64,000 nt of DNA from Eledone cirrhosa (taxonomy: Eukaryota), in NCBI GenBank assembly GCA_964016885.1, contig OZ024742.1, positions 63,550,001-63,614,000 on the forward strand. Reading direction: 5' to 3'. Below are positions 51,219 through 64,000 of the stretch, piece after piece. The notes beneath the pieces are model-generated. The model saw only the letters and a program-made list of their open reading frames with translations, was not told the DNA's origin and did no database searches. A program made the position numbers and the translations under genes. Every line of letters begins with the position of its first letter. The first letter of the stretch is position 1.

Positions 51219-51959
51219 CTGGATGGAAAAAAAAACAAAACAACAAAATAAGAATAGTTCACATGTTTTAATCATAATAATTCTTGCCATGGTCAACTTT
51301 GACTTTCATCCTTTCAAGGTTGATAAAAAATGCACCAGTCCATTGTTGGGGTTGATTCTTTATCTATATCTTTTTCTCACTCTCCTTCTCTGATAGGGAG
51401 GGGCTTTGCCTAGTTTAAAGTACTTAAGATATACTATATGTCACAATGGCACCTGTATGACTAACAGGAATTACAGGTTTGAGAAGAACCATAATAATCA
51501 GGTAGCAAATTGGCAGAGTTATTAGAGCATAAGATTAATTGCCCTGATTTTTGCACCTTAAGTTCAAACCCCATCGAAATCAATGTTTCCTTTCATCAAA
51601 GGACAGTGGAATTGTTAAATGGTCAGATGACATCCATTGTAGTATCTGATCCTGCTCTTTGCAGTTCAAATCCCACCACCTCCTGCCAGCAATGGAAAGA
51701 CCAATGGAAACATTGTTTCCTTGGTCTGATCTGATCTGATGATTGGCTCCTTTTCTTTAAAGATATATATTTTAGGTATGTTAAGACCAGCAGATAGTAT
51801 CAGCAATAAAAAGTTCAGTGGAACCATATTTTTTCCTTGGTCCAATATGACAATTGTCTCATGATTTAACTCTTTAGAAACAACTATCTTGACAATGAAA
51901 CACAATAAGAATACGTGTCATTATATAAAATACTCAAAGGGAAAGGAGGGGAGAACCAG

Positions 51960-53090
51960 ATTATGGATCTATTATTATGGATCTAAGTTTTTTCTTATTA
52001 GTTTTAGGAGAATGGTCTGGAAAACAGGGAATATTCTCTGAGAAGCCACTATTGCATAAGGCTATGTTATAGTATGGGGATACCATATCAAAGATAGCTT
52101 TGTTTGATGAGAGGTTAGAGATCCATTTGCTAATATTCTTAACTACATTTTTAAAGACTATAGATGGATGGCATGAGCTTTTATGTATGTATCTAAGGTT
52201 TTCACTGGGCTTATGGAATGGTTTATGTGTGTGTAGACATAGGTCCAGGTTAAAGTCTAAACAGTTAACATTAGTCAGGTTGGCTGATACTGTGATTGTT
52301 AGTCCTATGTTTCTAAAGGCAATGATTAGATTTTTCTTACATGTGTCAAGGTCATGGCCATTTTTATGACTTGATAAGGCTACACCATAGTCGTGGTATA
52401 AACCCATCTGAAAATCCATCCATGAATTTGATGCATAAAATATCCAGGATAAAGAACCACACCAAATAATGATCTGATAAGGACATAGAAAAGGATGTTA
52501 CTTACAGACTTCTTTAGGCAGGCATCTACCTTATTGAAGAGGAGGGTCTGTCTGCAGTGGGATATGACCATATGGTCCAAGTCATGGATATCATTAAATT
52601 TACCGGCAAAGTGCAGATATCAAAGGCCACAATATCAAATTGGATGAATCTGGCACTATCCGTGAGTTTAAGGGAGTTAAACTAATTTAGTACAAATTGA
52701 CTATTTTCTGATTGGTTTAGCTAACTGTTTCTTAATGTTAGTATTTAAATTTCTAAATAAGTTTTTACTTAGACCTAATTCTGTTTTGGTGAGATTAATG
52801 AGTCTGCATGTAGGGTTAGTAATAAAATCATCCTTGTGTGCTTTCTGTGTTATGATAAGCCTCCCTTTTTGCTAAGCTTTCTAATTTATTTTCTACTCAT
52901 GGTCATGGCAATGTATTTAGCTTAATCATTGATAGTGTTATATGTGGTAGGGGTCAGCTTACTTATATTTAGACTGTATGGTCTTATCTATTAAGTGGCT
53001 GTGGGTAGTAGGATCATGTTCATAGAGGCTATTAGTTTTATCAGATAGGACAGAATGCTTATTGAAATATTTAAAACTATTTATGTCTCT
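51960..53090 (-). mobile_element. degenerate Penelope-like (Naiad-like) RT fragment
   Basis: FIQFDI, GLYHDYG, HKP..LRYIH..HP, PYYN.AL..SGF. Confidence 0.8.
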
Positions 53091-53639
53091 GGAAAAGTGG
53101 ACATAAAAATGATGATGATGATGAGATGGAAGGAGGGATGGATGGATACAGATGTATATAAAGAGTAGATGCAAACATGCAGAAAGGGAGTGCTCTGTAT
53201 GAAGTGTATACATACAAATTTTGCAGTCTGAATATGGCAAGTGGAAAAAAACTGCAAACAATTAAGACTATCCTTGCAAACTATTTTGTGAGATGTTGAG
53301 ACATTGAGAAGGAAACTCCTATAGTTTGAACTGATCTATGTAGCTCCCAAGAAAACTCTCACAACACAGTGATGTAGCTATGATGAGGCGAGTAAAGGCC
53401 ACATCTAAAAAAACCTAGTTTTCACAGTTTTGACAAAGTAGCAAGTGACTGGCCCAAATAAGACCATTGTAACTGAAACTGCAATATGATGAGGAAACCA
53501 AAAAAGAACCATATCGCATTGTCCTTCAATCAAGAGGTCAAAGATGCCATCTGAGCAAAGAAAGAGGTTTCCAAACTTGGCTTGAAAATAAGTCCTCCCT
53601 TTTCCACTTGCAGTATAAACAGGCATAAAGAATCGCAGC

Positions 53640-55400
53640 AGAGACGGTAAAGGCATCCAAAGTGAACATGAGAGGACTGGGGTTAAGCTGGAATATGAAT
53701 TCAGATCAGCAAATAAAGTGTCCTGGCAGACCATCCACCGACTTCATAATAAGAAGCTCTCATCCACACCTGCTATCAAGAATGTGTCTGGGGTTTTCCT
53801 CTTTTCAGAGAGGTGCATCTTTGTGAAGTGGAGAGAATACTTTGCTGATCTCCTAAACCTGATCACAACAGCATCTTCTGATGTACACGAGGTACATCTG
53901 GGAGCGGTGACTAATCTCTCAGAGGCTGAGGTCACAAGAGCAATTAAAGAACTCAAATGTGGCAAGGCCACTGGGAAAGATGAAATCTGGCTTGAGATGT
54001 TAAAAGCTATAAATAGAGAATGTATTTTCTGGCTGACTCGTGTATGCCAGGTAGCCTGGATCTCTGAGCAAACGCAATCAGAAGTGATATTCCCAATTTT
54101 CAAAAAGGGAGATGAGAGATTATTCCAATTACAGAGGGATTTCCTTGTTAAGCCTCCCTGGTAAAGTCTATGCTAAGTGCCTAGCAAAGAGAAGCAAGGA
54201 GATTGTCGAGTCAAAGCTAGCTGATGAACAGTGAGGTTTTTGCCCCAGATGCAGCACAGCTGACCAAATATTCACAGTGTGGCAGGTCTTCGAGAAATCG
54301 TGGAAGTATTGACAAAAGGTATATTCTTGTTTTGTTGACCTTGAAAAGGCATATTACTGCATTCCTTGGGACCTGCTGTGGAAGGTTCTGCAGGAGTATG
54401 GGATCGATGGTCAGCTCCTTGCTGCCCTGATGTCTCTATACAAATTCCCAAGTATTTGTGTTCGGATAAATGGTGGTAAATCAAAATCATTCAATGTGGG
54501 AGTTGGACTCCGCCAAGGGAGCATACTGTCACCTCTCCTGTTCATTATTTTCATGAACAGGATTGACATGCGTAGCTGGGTTGGAAGTGGTATCATGACT
54601 GGTGAGTGTAAAATCAGTCAGCTAGAATTTGTAGACAACATGATGTTACTTAACTTGACAGAAGGTGATCTCTGACTTGGACTGGATAGGTTTGATGCCA
54701 AGTGCTGCATGGCTTGAATGAAAATCACTGCTTTAATGACTGAGACACTTATTTTTACAAGGAAGCCTGTGCAGTGCACTCTACATGTAAATGAAATTCC
54801 ACTGATGCAGGCAGAGAAGTTCAATATCTCGAGACCGTGTTCAAGAGTGATGGAAAGCAGGAGGCTGAATTAAGTGCAAGAATTGCAGGAGCTGGTGCAG
54901 TAATGTACCAGCTTCAGCATTCAGTAATCAGAAGAAAGGAGGTAGGTGAAAAGCCAAACTCGCTATCTTCAATTTGGTATACGTGCCAACCCTTACCTAT
55001 GGTCATGAATCGAATACGATCACAAATACAAGCGGCCGAAATGGGGTTCCTCCAAAGGGTCTTTGGAGTAACGTTACTCGATAGAGTTTGTAGCTCAGAG
55101 ATTAGAGGGTCACTTAAGATAGAGCTGCTACTTCTCCAAATTGAGAGATCACAGCTGCGATAATATGGGCATATGGTTAGAATGTCTCAGAAAAGAATCG
55201 CTGGACAGATTTTATGAGCAAAACCAACCAGCAAGAGACCCCGAGCAAGATGGTTGGATAATATCCATGAGCTTAACTGGTCTCACTTGGGGATCTAGCT
55301 GGATCAGTCAGAGACAGTTGCTTCTGACAGGACCCGCTGGAGGAGTGTTTGAGGACTCTGCCCCCCCATGACCATCTCTGGAATAAGTGGGAGAAGAAGA
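53640..55400 (+). mobile_element. degenerate RTE LINE
   Basis: WREYF, GKATGKDEI, VGLRQGSILSPLLF, IQAAEMGFL. Confidence 0.88.
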
Positions 55401-55464
55401 AGAATATCAATGACTAAAATCTAAAAAAGAATTAGTAGAAAAATATAAAGTAATAAGTGCTTAC

Positions 55465-55557
55465 TTCATAATGAGACATAAAACAACTGGAAAATATATA
55501 AGCAAAGACACAGACAAACAGAACTGGAACGGCATAATAATTGATTTCTTCCATCAT
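55465..55557 (-). CDS. SLC44A1: SLC44A/CTL exon (transmembrane segment)
   Basis: MMEEINYYAVPVLFVCVFAYIFSSCFMSHYE; cag/gtaag; 93 nt; not listed in the ORF track. Confidence 0.88.
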
Positions 55558-55869
55558 CTGTTGTAATAGAAATGGTAAAGAGTATTACATGTTATAATTA
55601 TATGTAGAATGCTGACACTGTTTCTATATCATTTCTTTCAACTATTACAAAGATTTTCTACTGGATAGATTTGTGGATTGTTGCATAGACTAGCATATGA
55701 ATATATATTCTTTTATCGATTTGGGTCATTAGACTGCAGCCATGTTAAGGCACCATATTAGTTAACTATATCAACACCAGTAATTATGCTTTGAAGTTTG
55801 GCACTTATTTTATCAATCCCATTTTTGTCAAACCACTAAGTTACAGGACACACACATACATATATATAT

Positions 55870-56612
55870 AAAGCTGCAGAACCATCAAAGATAGTTGGTG
55901 AGATGCTAAAAGCATCAGAAGTAGGAGTTGAGCTAATAACCCGCATAGTCAACCAGGTAATACAGGATGGTAAAATACCCAATGACTGGTGCAGTAGTAC
56001 AATCCTAAATTGTTAAAAAGGCAAAGGTGATGCCCTAGAAAGGAGCAATTATAGAGGAATAAAACTAATGGACCAAGTTATGAAAGTAAAGGAAAAAGTT
56101 ATGGCACAACTAATTTTAGAAAGAGTCAAATTAGACGAGATGCAGTTTGGCTTCATGCATGGATAAAGTACTAAAGATGCCCTCTTCTTAGTGAGATAAC
56201 TACAAGAGAAGTTCCTAGCCCAAAATAAGCCATTATAATTAGCTTTCATTGATCTAGAAAAAGCATCTATTATCTGGTGGTCCTTAAGAAAATTAGGTGT
56301 AAAAGTGAAAGCCATGTACAGAGGAGCTGTCAGCAAAGTGAGAGTAGGAAGTGAGTTTAGTGAAGAATTCAAGGTACAAGTTAGAATTCATCAGGGTTCA
56401 GTTCTTAGCCCACTACTACTCATTATAGTTCTCTAGGCAATAACAGAAGAGTTTATGACTGGCTGGCCACTGGAACTTCTCTATGTAGATGATCTGGTCC
56501 TTATAGCTGACTCCAACTAGAAAATAAGTTCTGACTATGGAAACAGAACTTAGAATCGAAAGGTCTGAGAGTAAACTTAGCCAAAACTAAAGTGCTAGTG
56601 AGTAGGAAAAAG
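55870..56612 (+). mobile_element. degenerate RTE RT fragment
   Basis: KGKGDAL..NYRGIKL, FIDLEKA, HQGSVLSP, LLYVDDL, NLAKTK. Confidence 0.85.
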
Positions 56613-56715
56613 ACTGTCGTCGCAATATAAACCGAGAACAGAATTAGGCCTAGCTACCAAGAACATCTTAGGAGAAATAAGTACACATATCATAAACAAC
56701 ATGAGCCTGTTACTC

Positions 56716-57850
56716 ATCATCATCATCATCATCGTTTAACGTCCATATTCCACGCTCGCATGGGTTTGGACGGGAGTTTTCCCACTTGAGGCAAGAGTGG
56801 TTGTCTTGCTCGCATAGGACTGCCTGGCGGGTTTTCTACAGCTGGATGCCCTTCCTAACACCAACCACATTTACAGTGTGGAACTGGGAGGTTTTTACCA
56901 TGTTACCTACACGGCCACATTACAGCGTGGACTGTGTTTTTTTTGTCGTGACACCTACACGACCTCATTTGTTTCGGGCTGGATGTTGTGGTACCAACAT
57001 AACTTTACATTGAAAGGGGTGGTGTGGATGGGGTGGGGGTAGTGGGACGGGGTCTATTTTGTTAGAGGTGCCTACTGACTGTAGTAGGTTTCACTTTGCA
57101 CTTAGGTAAGGCGGGTCTTCTCTATTACTGTGTAGCGCCAAAGATCTCGGTCCAGTCACATTGTCTTGGAGATGTGTAAGTGTGTGAGGTCGGAATTTAT
57201 CAAGTCGTCCCAGGTTTTTCTGGGTCTGCCTACTCCGTGACTACTGTCTATTTTTATTGCCCTGCACTTTTTTATACAGCTGTCGTCTTTCATGCGCATC
57301 ACGTGACCATACCAACGTAGTCTTCTCTCGAGTAAACAACATCTGATCACTCTTATTTCTAATTTCTCCCTTAGTTCGTTTATGCTTTGCCGTTCACGTA
57401 TATTACTATTACACATCCAGCGGAGCATGCAAGCTTCGTTTCTCTCTAGTCTGCGTATATCCTCTGCACACAATGCCCAGGTCTCACTGCCATGTAACAT
57501 TGCTGTTCGTATGCAGGCATCATACAGCCTGCCTTTCATTTTTAGAGAGAACCCTTTAGCGGCCAATAGTGGTATAAGCTCTCTGAACTTTTTCCATCCC
57601 GTTCTGACTCTAGCTACTGTACTTTCAAAGCACCCTCCTCCACTGCTGATTTTATCACCAAGGTAACGGAAGCTGTCAACTATTTCTATAGAACCATCTG
57701 TGCAATGGAATGAGTTAGTATTCTGTGGGCACTTGCTGCTACTTATTGCACCAGAGCACCGGCCACATATAAAATCTATATTCTTAGTTAGCTTACCTGT
57801 GATCCCACTACATCTTTTATGTACCCATACTTTGCATTTGGGACATAAAA
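56716..57850 (-). mobile_element. RTE LINE 3' fragment nested in the PLE
   Basis: close copy of 31660-32800; actc at both junctions. Confidence 0.9.
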
Positions 57851-59691
57851 CTCTGAAACAATACCATATCGGTTATATACTGGTTCAAAGAAACCCTATT
57901 GAAAGGCAAGGCTAAGTTTATTCAATTTGATATAACCGATTTTCACCCTTCTATGAATAAAATACTACTAGACAAGATGTTAGACTTCGCTCGTACCTTC
58001 AGGCCTATCAGTCTTTCTCTAACCCATGACCGCAACAGGTACGATATGGACAAGTTCCGTAAAGACCTAATAAATACCTTTCACAACCTAGGCCTTAAAA
58101 TCACAATAGACACGAACATTACTAGCATAAACTTTCTCGATGTCAACCTAGACCTATGAAGAGGCACATATAAACCATATCACAAACCGAATGAGAGACT
58201 GAAATACATTAACAGAGGATCATACCACCTGCCCACGGTGTTTAAAAATCTAGTACTTAACATTAGCCATTGAATCTCAAACTTATCATCCAGCAGAGAG
58301 ATATTTGATAAAGCAGCGCCGTACTATAACAAGATTCTCCGAGATAGTGGATTTAAAGAACAGATCAAATACATACTTAATAGTCACCCACCTAGAAATA
58401 ACAATAGAAAAAGAAAAATAATCTATTTCACACCTCCTTTCTCACAAAATGCAAAAAATAAAATAGGTAAGAAATTCTTAGACCTTATAAGATAAGCACT
58501 TTACCCCTCAACATATATACAGTAAGATCTTCAATCAATGTTCAGGATGCTCTTGCAGGAAGAAAGACGACTGCTCATTACAATTAAACTCTAATGTTAA
58601 ATCCATAATATACGAAGCAGAAATCAAATGCACAAATGCCAACAAGCCAGAGACCCACAAAAAAATATGTACATATGATCCATGACTGTTTTAAAAAGAG
58701 ATTCTACTTGCACCTTTCCTCATTAAGACATCCTAACATGAAAACCACCACAGCATGACAAAAAGGGTCTGGGAATACCCGATGACATGGAAAGTGCTCA
58801 AAATGTCAATATCATATAAAAACGGAAGCAAAAAAATACTTGCTCTGCCTAAGTGATAATTTCAGGATTTTACTCACTGGATACTTACCTAAACTCAAAG
58901 ACAAATCTTCAGATCATGCTTGCATCAATTTTTATCCAACTGGAAACCCACCTGCAAGACACCCTCTGACTGGACCTCCTGAACCCTCTATGATACTACC
59001 TACCTCTAGTACCCATTAATGAGGACACCACATGCATATACAGATTAACAATTTGTTGAAAGAGACATTAAAATTACAACAGCACATTACAACCGACGGA
59101 CACACAAACATACAAATTTTTACATCTCAGAACTTATATTTGGTGACATACCAATAAATATAGAAATTTTGAGTATATATGCATGTGTGTGTGTGTGTGC
59201 ATGCATTTATAGGTTCCCATACAGATATGTGCAAAGCTATATATGTATGAGCATATGTGCTGCCAAATGCATGTCTGTTTTTTTTAAATCTTAATAATTT
59301 GTTATATGTGTGCATGTGTGTGTCTGTATATGTATGACAAGTTAATTTAATAATTTTAGCTATCTACAAACTACCTGACAGAAAAAAACCCTAGAAATTC
59401 TGAAAAATTCATATACAGATTTCAAGCCATATTTGCCTCCCCTGTTTCAAATATGAAGATCTCACCACTCAGAGGAAGAATTAGTCGAGGGATAACTACA
59501 TCCCTTTTCATATCTTTGTCCCACGTGCCTAAATGATGGGCCAGTTTCAAAGTGCCTCCTCCATTATACAGTGGTCGCCATGACTAGACCCTGAAACCAA
59601 TGGTAGCACATACATGTTAAGTGTATGAAACTTTCTTTATACTAAATAAACTTTCTTCCAACAGATTGACCACTGTTTATCCCTGTGAGAG

Positions 59692-59739
59692 ATACTCCCT
59701 TGATAATGGGTTTTTAAACCTGAAAATATTTGGGATTAT
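59692..59739 (+). ncRNA. minimal hammerhead ribozyme, U3-A8 core variant
   Basis: AUAcUCCC-UUGAUAA-UG(GGUUU UU AAACC)U-GAAA-AUAU-UU/GGGAuUAU; palindromic AAAUAUUU. Confidence 0.7.
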
Positions 59740-59945
59740 TAAATTTGCTACGGTAAGATTCTATTGTTATCTTGGCAATTTTAATTTTCTCGTGCATTGT
59801 ATGGTTTTCAAAATTATTTAAATCTGTGTTTCCTATTCAACAATGCTTCAAGCAAACTACAACACTCTGTTATATATATATATATGGACGATAAATGAAG
59901 ATGATGATGATGATATATATGAGGGGAAGGATATATTTGTCTCAC

Positions 59946-60074
59946 CTTAAAGTAAAGAATTGCTACAGCTCCTGTAATGGTCATGACATAGATTTTGGAT
60001 ATGAAGAGCAGAAATTCGCCAATGCTGTTGACTGCAGCCACACGCAGAATATTGTTAAGCACTAGACGAAATGC
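59946..60074 (-). CDS. SLC44A1: SLC44A/CTL exon
   Basis: AFRLVLNNILRVAAVNSIGEFLLFISKIYVMTITGAVAILYFK; tag/gtgag; 129 nt. Confidence 0.92.
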
Positions 60075-60690
60075 CTACAATTAAATTTTCAATAAAGTTT
60101 GAATTGTATTTTATAAAATGAAGGGAAAATTGAAATATTTTAAATGTCAGTGTAACAAATATCTATCAGATAATCCTTTTGATACCAAACCACCTGAAAC
60201 CATCCTTGGTTCTATGATTTTAAGCTGTTTATTTTAATTATTTTGATATCAAACCACTCCTGAGAATTATGTTAAACATACATGTATCTGTGGAATGCTC
60301 AGACACTTTCACTTTATTTCAAGATGGACTGTACCTGTAATTCAAAGGGCCGGCCTTGTCACACACATTGCCATGTTGGATTTCCCTGAAAACTACTATA
60401 AGAGTACATGTCTGTGGAATGCTCAGCCACTTGCACTATAATACAATATGGAGTATATTTGTAATTCAAAGGATCAGTCTGTGTCATGCTGAATCTCCTT
60501 GAGAATTATGTTAAGGGTACACATGCTTGTGGAATGCTCAGTCACTGACACATTTATATCGTGAGCAGGCTGCTTCATTGATTAAACAACTGGAACAGTC
60601 ATTGTCAACACTGACTGAGGTCCATTCCATGACTAAGACAGCTAGATATAAACTAAGAAGAAAATGTGAAATGTTTAAAAGATCTCCTAC

Positions 60691-60728
60691 CCATTTGGCT
60701 GAAGTGCACAAATCAGTGCCTTTGATGG
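60691..60728 (-). CDS. SLC44A1: SLC44A/CTL 38 nt exon
   Basis: (A)IKGTDLCTSAKW, matching the CTL AI.G..FC.SA motif; phases 1/0 join its neighbours exactly. Confidence 0.88.
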
Positions 60729-61264
60729 CTGTAAAAAGAAAATTTAACAAAGCATAAATATTCTAAAATGAATTTTCCAGAAGCTTCTATATACCAAACA
60801 ACAACAACAAGGTTATCTTACATGAGTAAAAGACCAGATATTTAGTAAGTCAATTATACTGACCCCCAAAGGTCGAGATTTAGCAGGATTGTTACAGTGT
60901 CAGATTAAAAATGCTTCAGTATTTGTTCTGTCTCACTACACTCTGAGTTCAAATCCTGCTGAGATGAACTTTGCCTTTCATCCTTTTGAGGTTGATAAAT
61001 AAAGTACCAGTTAGGTACTTGGATTAATTCTTCCTTTCTTTCTCTGGAAAACATTGGCTGTTCTGCCTAGAGAGATGATGGGCTATGCCCAAGACGCACC
61101 ATGTATCAAGACAGCACCCCAACTACTCCATAACAAGTTATCTATATTCACCCCAGTGCTTGACTTGTACTCTTTTATCGATCCTGGAAGGATGAAAGAC
61201 AAAGTGAACTGTAGCAGGATTTGAACTCAAACTCTATAGAGCCAAACTAAATAATGGTTTCTTA

Positions 61265-61460
61265 AATAGGCACAAGGCCAGCAATTTGGTGGGGAAGGGA
61301 AAGTCGATTAAATCGACCCCAGCGCCTGCCTGGTACTTTATTTTATCGACCCCTTAAGGATGAAAGGCAAAGTTAACCTCGGCGAGATTTGAACTCAGAT
61401 CATAAAGGGACGTAACTCTATGCTTGAAAGCATGGCGTCCGACTCTCTACCGATACTGCC
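61265..61460 (-). mobile_element. family B SINE
   Basis: reverse complement of the family B consensus. Confidence 0.8.
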
Positions 61461-61615
61461 AAAATGTAAGATATTTTGTTTAATAATTGTCAACCCACCT
61501 AACTAGAGTTGCCAGATCAACTTCATAAAAAGTGAAAGAACATTTTCAAAATACATCTGTTTGCATTAGAAAGTAGCCCAATATGAAAACTTTGCAAGAA
61601 AATTTATAATAAATA

Positions 61616-62457
61616 TACCGTATTTCCCAGCGAGGAAGACACTACTTATTTCTTAAAATAAGTCTCAAAAATCTACCATACATCCTGGAAGCCGAAGGTT
61701 CATCATCATCATCATCATCATCATCGTTTAACGTCTATCTTCCATGCTAGAATGGGTTAGACAGGAATTATCCCACTTGAGGCAAGATTGGTCGGGTGAC
61801 CATGTCTCGCTCATATAGGACTATCTGACAGGTTTTCAAACACCAACCACATTTACAGTGTGGACTGGAAGCTTTTTACCGTGTTACCTACACGACCACA
61901 TTACAGCGTAGACTGTGTTTTTTTGTTGTGACACCTACACGACCTCATTAGTTTGGACTGGATGTTGTGGTACCAACTTTACAGAGAGAGGGTGGTGTTG
62001 GTGGGAGTAGGAGGGTGGAGTAGGGGTAGTGTGTTGGGGTGTATATTAAGTTAAGAGGTGCCTACTGACTGAAGGTTTCACTTTGTACATAGGCAAGGCG
62101 GGTCTTCTGCATTACTGCATGGCGCCAAAGATCTTGGTCCAGTGACATTGTCTTAGATAGGTGTAAGTATGTAAGGTCGGAATTTTTCAAATCGTCCCAG
62201 CTTTTTCTGGGTCTACCTACTCCATAACTTCCATCAATTTTGATTGCCCTGCACTTTTTTATACAGCTGTCATCTTTCATGCGCATCACGAAACCATACC
62301 AATGTAGTCTTCTCTCAAGTAAACAGCAACTGATCCTTCTTATTCCTAATTTATTACTTAGTTCATTTATGTTTATTTTTTTTTCTTCAAATTTTTAGTT
62401 GTCGAAATTAGGGTGCGTCCTGAGGACGAAGTGTCTTCGGCACCAGGAAATATGGTA
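61616..62457. mobile_element. Tc1/mariner (pogo/Tigger-type) MITE interrupted by an RTE fragment (~61700-62370, -)
   Basis: TIRs taccgtatttcc..gaagacac / gtgtcttc..ggaaatatggta with TA flanks. Confidence 0.65.
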
Positions 62458-62891
62458 TATATAAGTATTGCTTTCCTAGCTAGTTCTAATTTACTAATTA
62501 GCAAAGAAAACAGGCATTAAATACCACAACATAAAACACTCAGTTTACCCTGTAAGGTGGTAGTGCCAAAGTCACAATAAAATGCTCCCAGTACATACTG
62601 TAAAGTAGTTAGCATTAAAAAGGGCATCCAGCTATAGAAACTGAGTAAAAAATGAGCAAGGCATGATCACCTGACTTTTCTATTCTCATAATGTGACAGA
62701 TGCAAGCATGGAAAATAGATGTTAAATGATGATAATGATTTAAGCATACAATTGGTTAGTATTGACATAAAAGTAGCACTCAATGCCATATTAGAGATTA
62801 ATAGTTTATTAAAGGGGATCTAGAGTAACAGGTCACTGGATCATCCCTGACAAACAATTTAAGACCATACAGATAAATATTTGTCACTTAC

Positions 62892-63007
62892 CAGTGACAG
62901 TGTAGGCATTAGCATTCAGATATTTCATACACTTTTCAAGGCACCATAAATAGCAACAGCAAGATTTCACTACAAATTTTACACATTTATTGTCGTAGTT
63001 TTTCAAT
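62892..63007 (-). CDS. SLC44A1: SLC44A/CTL exon (upstream exons lie outside the window)
   Basis: [38 protein letters not shown] (CTL CC..C.W.LEK...Y.N.NAY motif); cag/gtaag. Confidence 0.93.
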
Positions 63008-64000
63008 CTGATAGCAAAGAATAAAAATATGATAATAAACAAATAATATATACATTTTTGTATTTCTTATGTAAGATTTTTTATCTGAAAATGTGTTTTG
63101 AAACATATTCTTATACTTTGGGAGGGTTATGCTGCCAATAAAAACACACGCACCTGTTGGTTTTCACTTCAATTTATTATAAATTTCCAGTTGGATAGTT
63201 TAATAACTGGATGGTTGTTTATTTGTTTATTGTCATAAAATAAAGTACCAGTAATGTACTGGGATAATTGCTGGCCTTGTGCCAAAAGTAGAAACAATTA
63301 TTTTATTTTATTTTATTTCATTTCATTGCATTGGATTTTTTGATTTTTATTAGTTTTTATTATATTTAATATTCCAAAGATAATTGTGTACACCTTAACT
63401 TACAGGTTATCTTATACCTCATATGTGATGCTATTTTCTAATACCACATGTCTCAGTAGGGTCTCCAAACTAATAGCTTCAACTAGGTATTAATCATTAT
63501 CATTCATTAATTGCATTTCACTACCATGTTTACTTATTTACTATCCATTAATTATATATTTAATTATTTCCCCCACCCCATGAAATTTACTCACCGTCTA
63601 ACATTCGATATAGTTCTCTTGTATTATAATAACTACATAGGGACATACATACTTCAAAATGTAAAATTTACTCTTATTCTACACATTAGTTTTCTATAAT
63701 TTCGTATTTTATCTTATAGTAAATAATTATATTAGCTGGCCCCGTGCTGTCAAAAATGACGGCTAATTGTAATATCTATACATAATATAAAACAGAGATG
63801 TTTGTTTGTTGGTTGGTTGGTTGGTTCCTTCAAGCTCACTCACACAAGTGATACAAACATACAAACCTTTCTCAGTCAATGTTATCACCCCTTCCTTTCT
63901 CAGTCAACGTTATCAAACCTTCCTTTCTCAGTTTGTCATGACCCCTTCCTTTTTCAGTCATCTCTTGTGAGGACAAAAACACAAGGGTATTATATATCGG

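Larger units (their letters stand above)
56613..59875 (+). mobile_element. degenerate Penelope-like (Naiad-like) element with 3' terminal region, interrupted by an RTE
   Basis: FIQFDITDFHPS, NFLDVNLDL, HKPNE..YIN, APYYN, degenerate GIY-YIG; HHR near the 3' end; 3' end homologous to 33685-33750. Confidence 0.8.

Noticed and set aside
63730-63830. Helitron/Helentron end
   Set aside because: Only a weak resemblance, at the window edge

Overview
AT-rich, repeat-saturated animal genomic DNA. The SINE/RTE/Penelope repertoire resembles octopod cephalopods (inference, not a database result). Two host genes are supported: an intronless RPA3 (42252-42608, +) and the last six coding exons of a choline transporter-like SLC44A/CTL gene (63007->49096, -), whose splice phases join in frame. 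The rest is mostly tRNA-derived SINEs, RTE and CR1-like LINE fragments, Penelope-like elements (PLEs), MITEs and micro/minisatellites. The main hidden signal is about 11 type I hammerhead ribozyme (HHR) motifs plus one half motif, from several unrelated families, found by manual folding. They include two non-coding HHR-flanked tandem units resembling retrozymes (478 nt monomer with a very long stem II; 373 nt monomer with a non-canonical CAGAAGA core), a TATA-HHR PLE terminal module with compensatory changes, and a U3-A8 core variant. A 37 bp mini-exon/donor and a 28 bp motif are duplicated exactly between two promoter-like regions 31 kb apart, one adjoining RPA3. Repeat boundaries are approximate, and ribozyme activity is untested.
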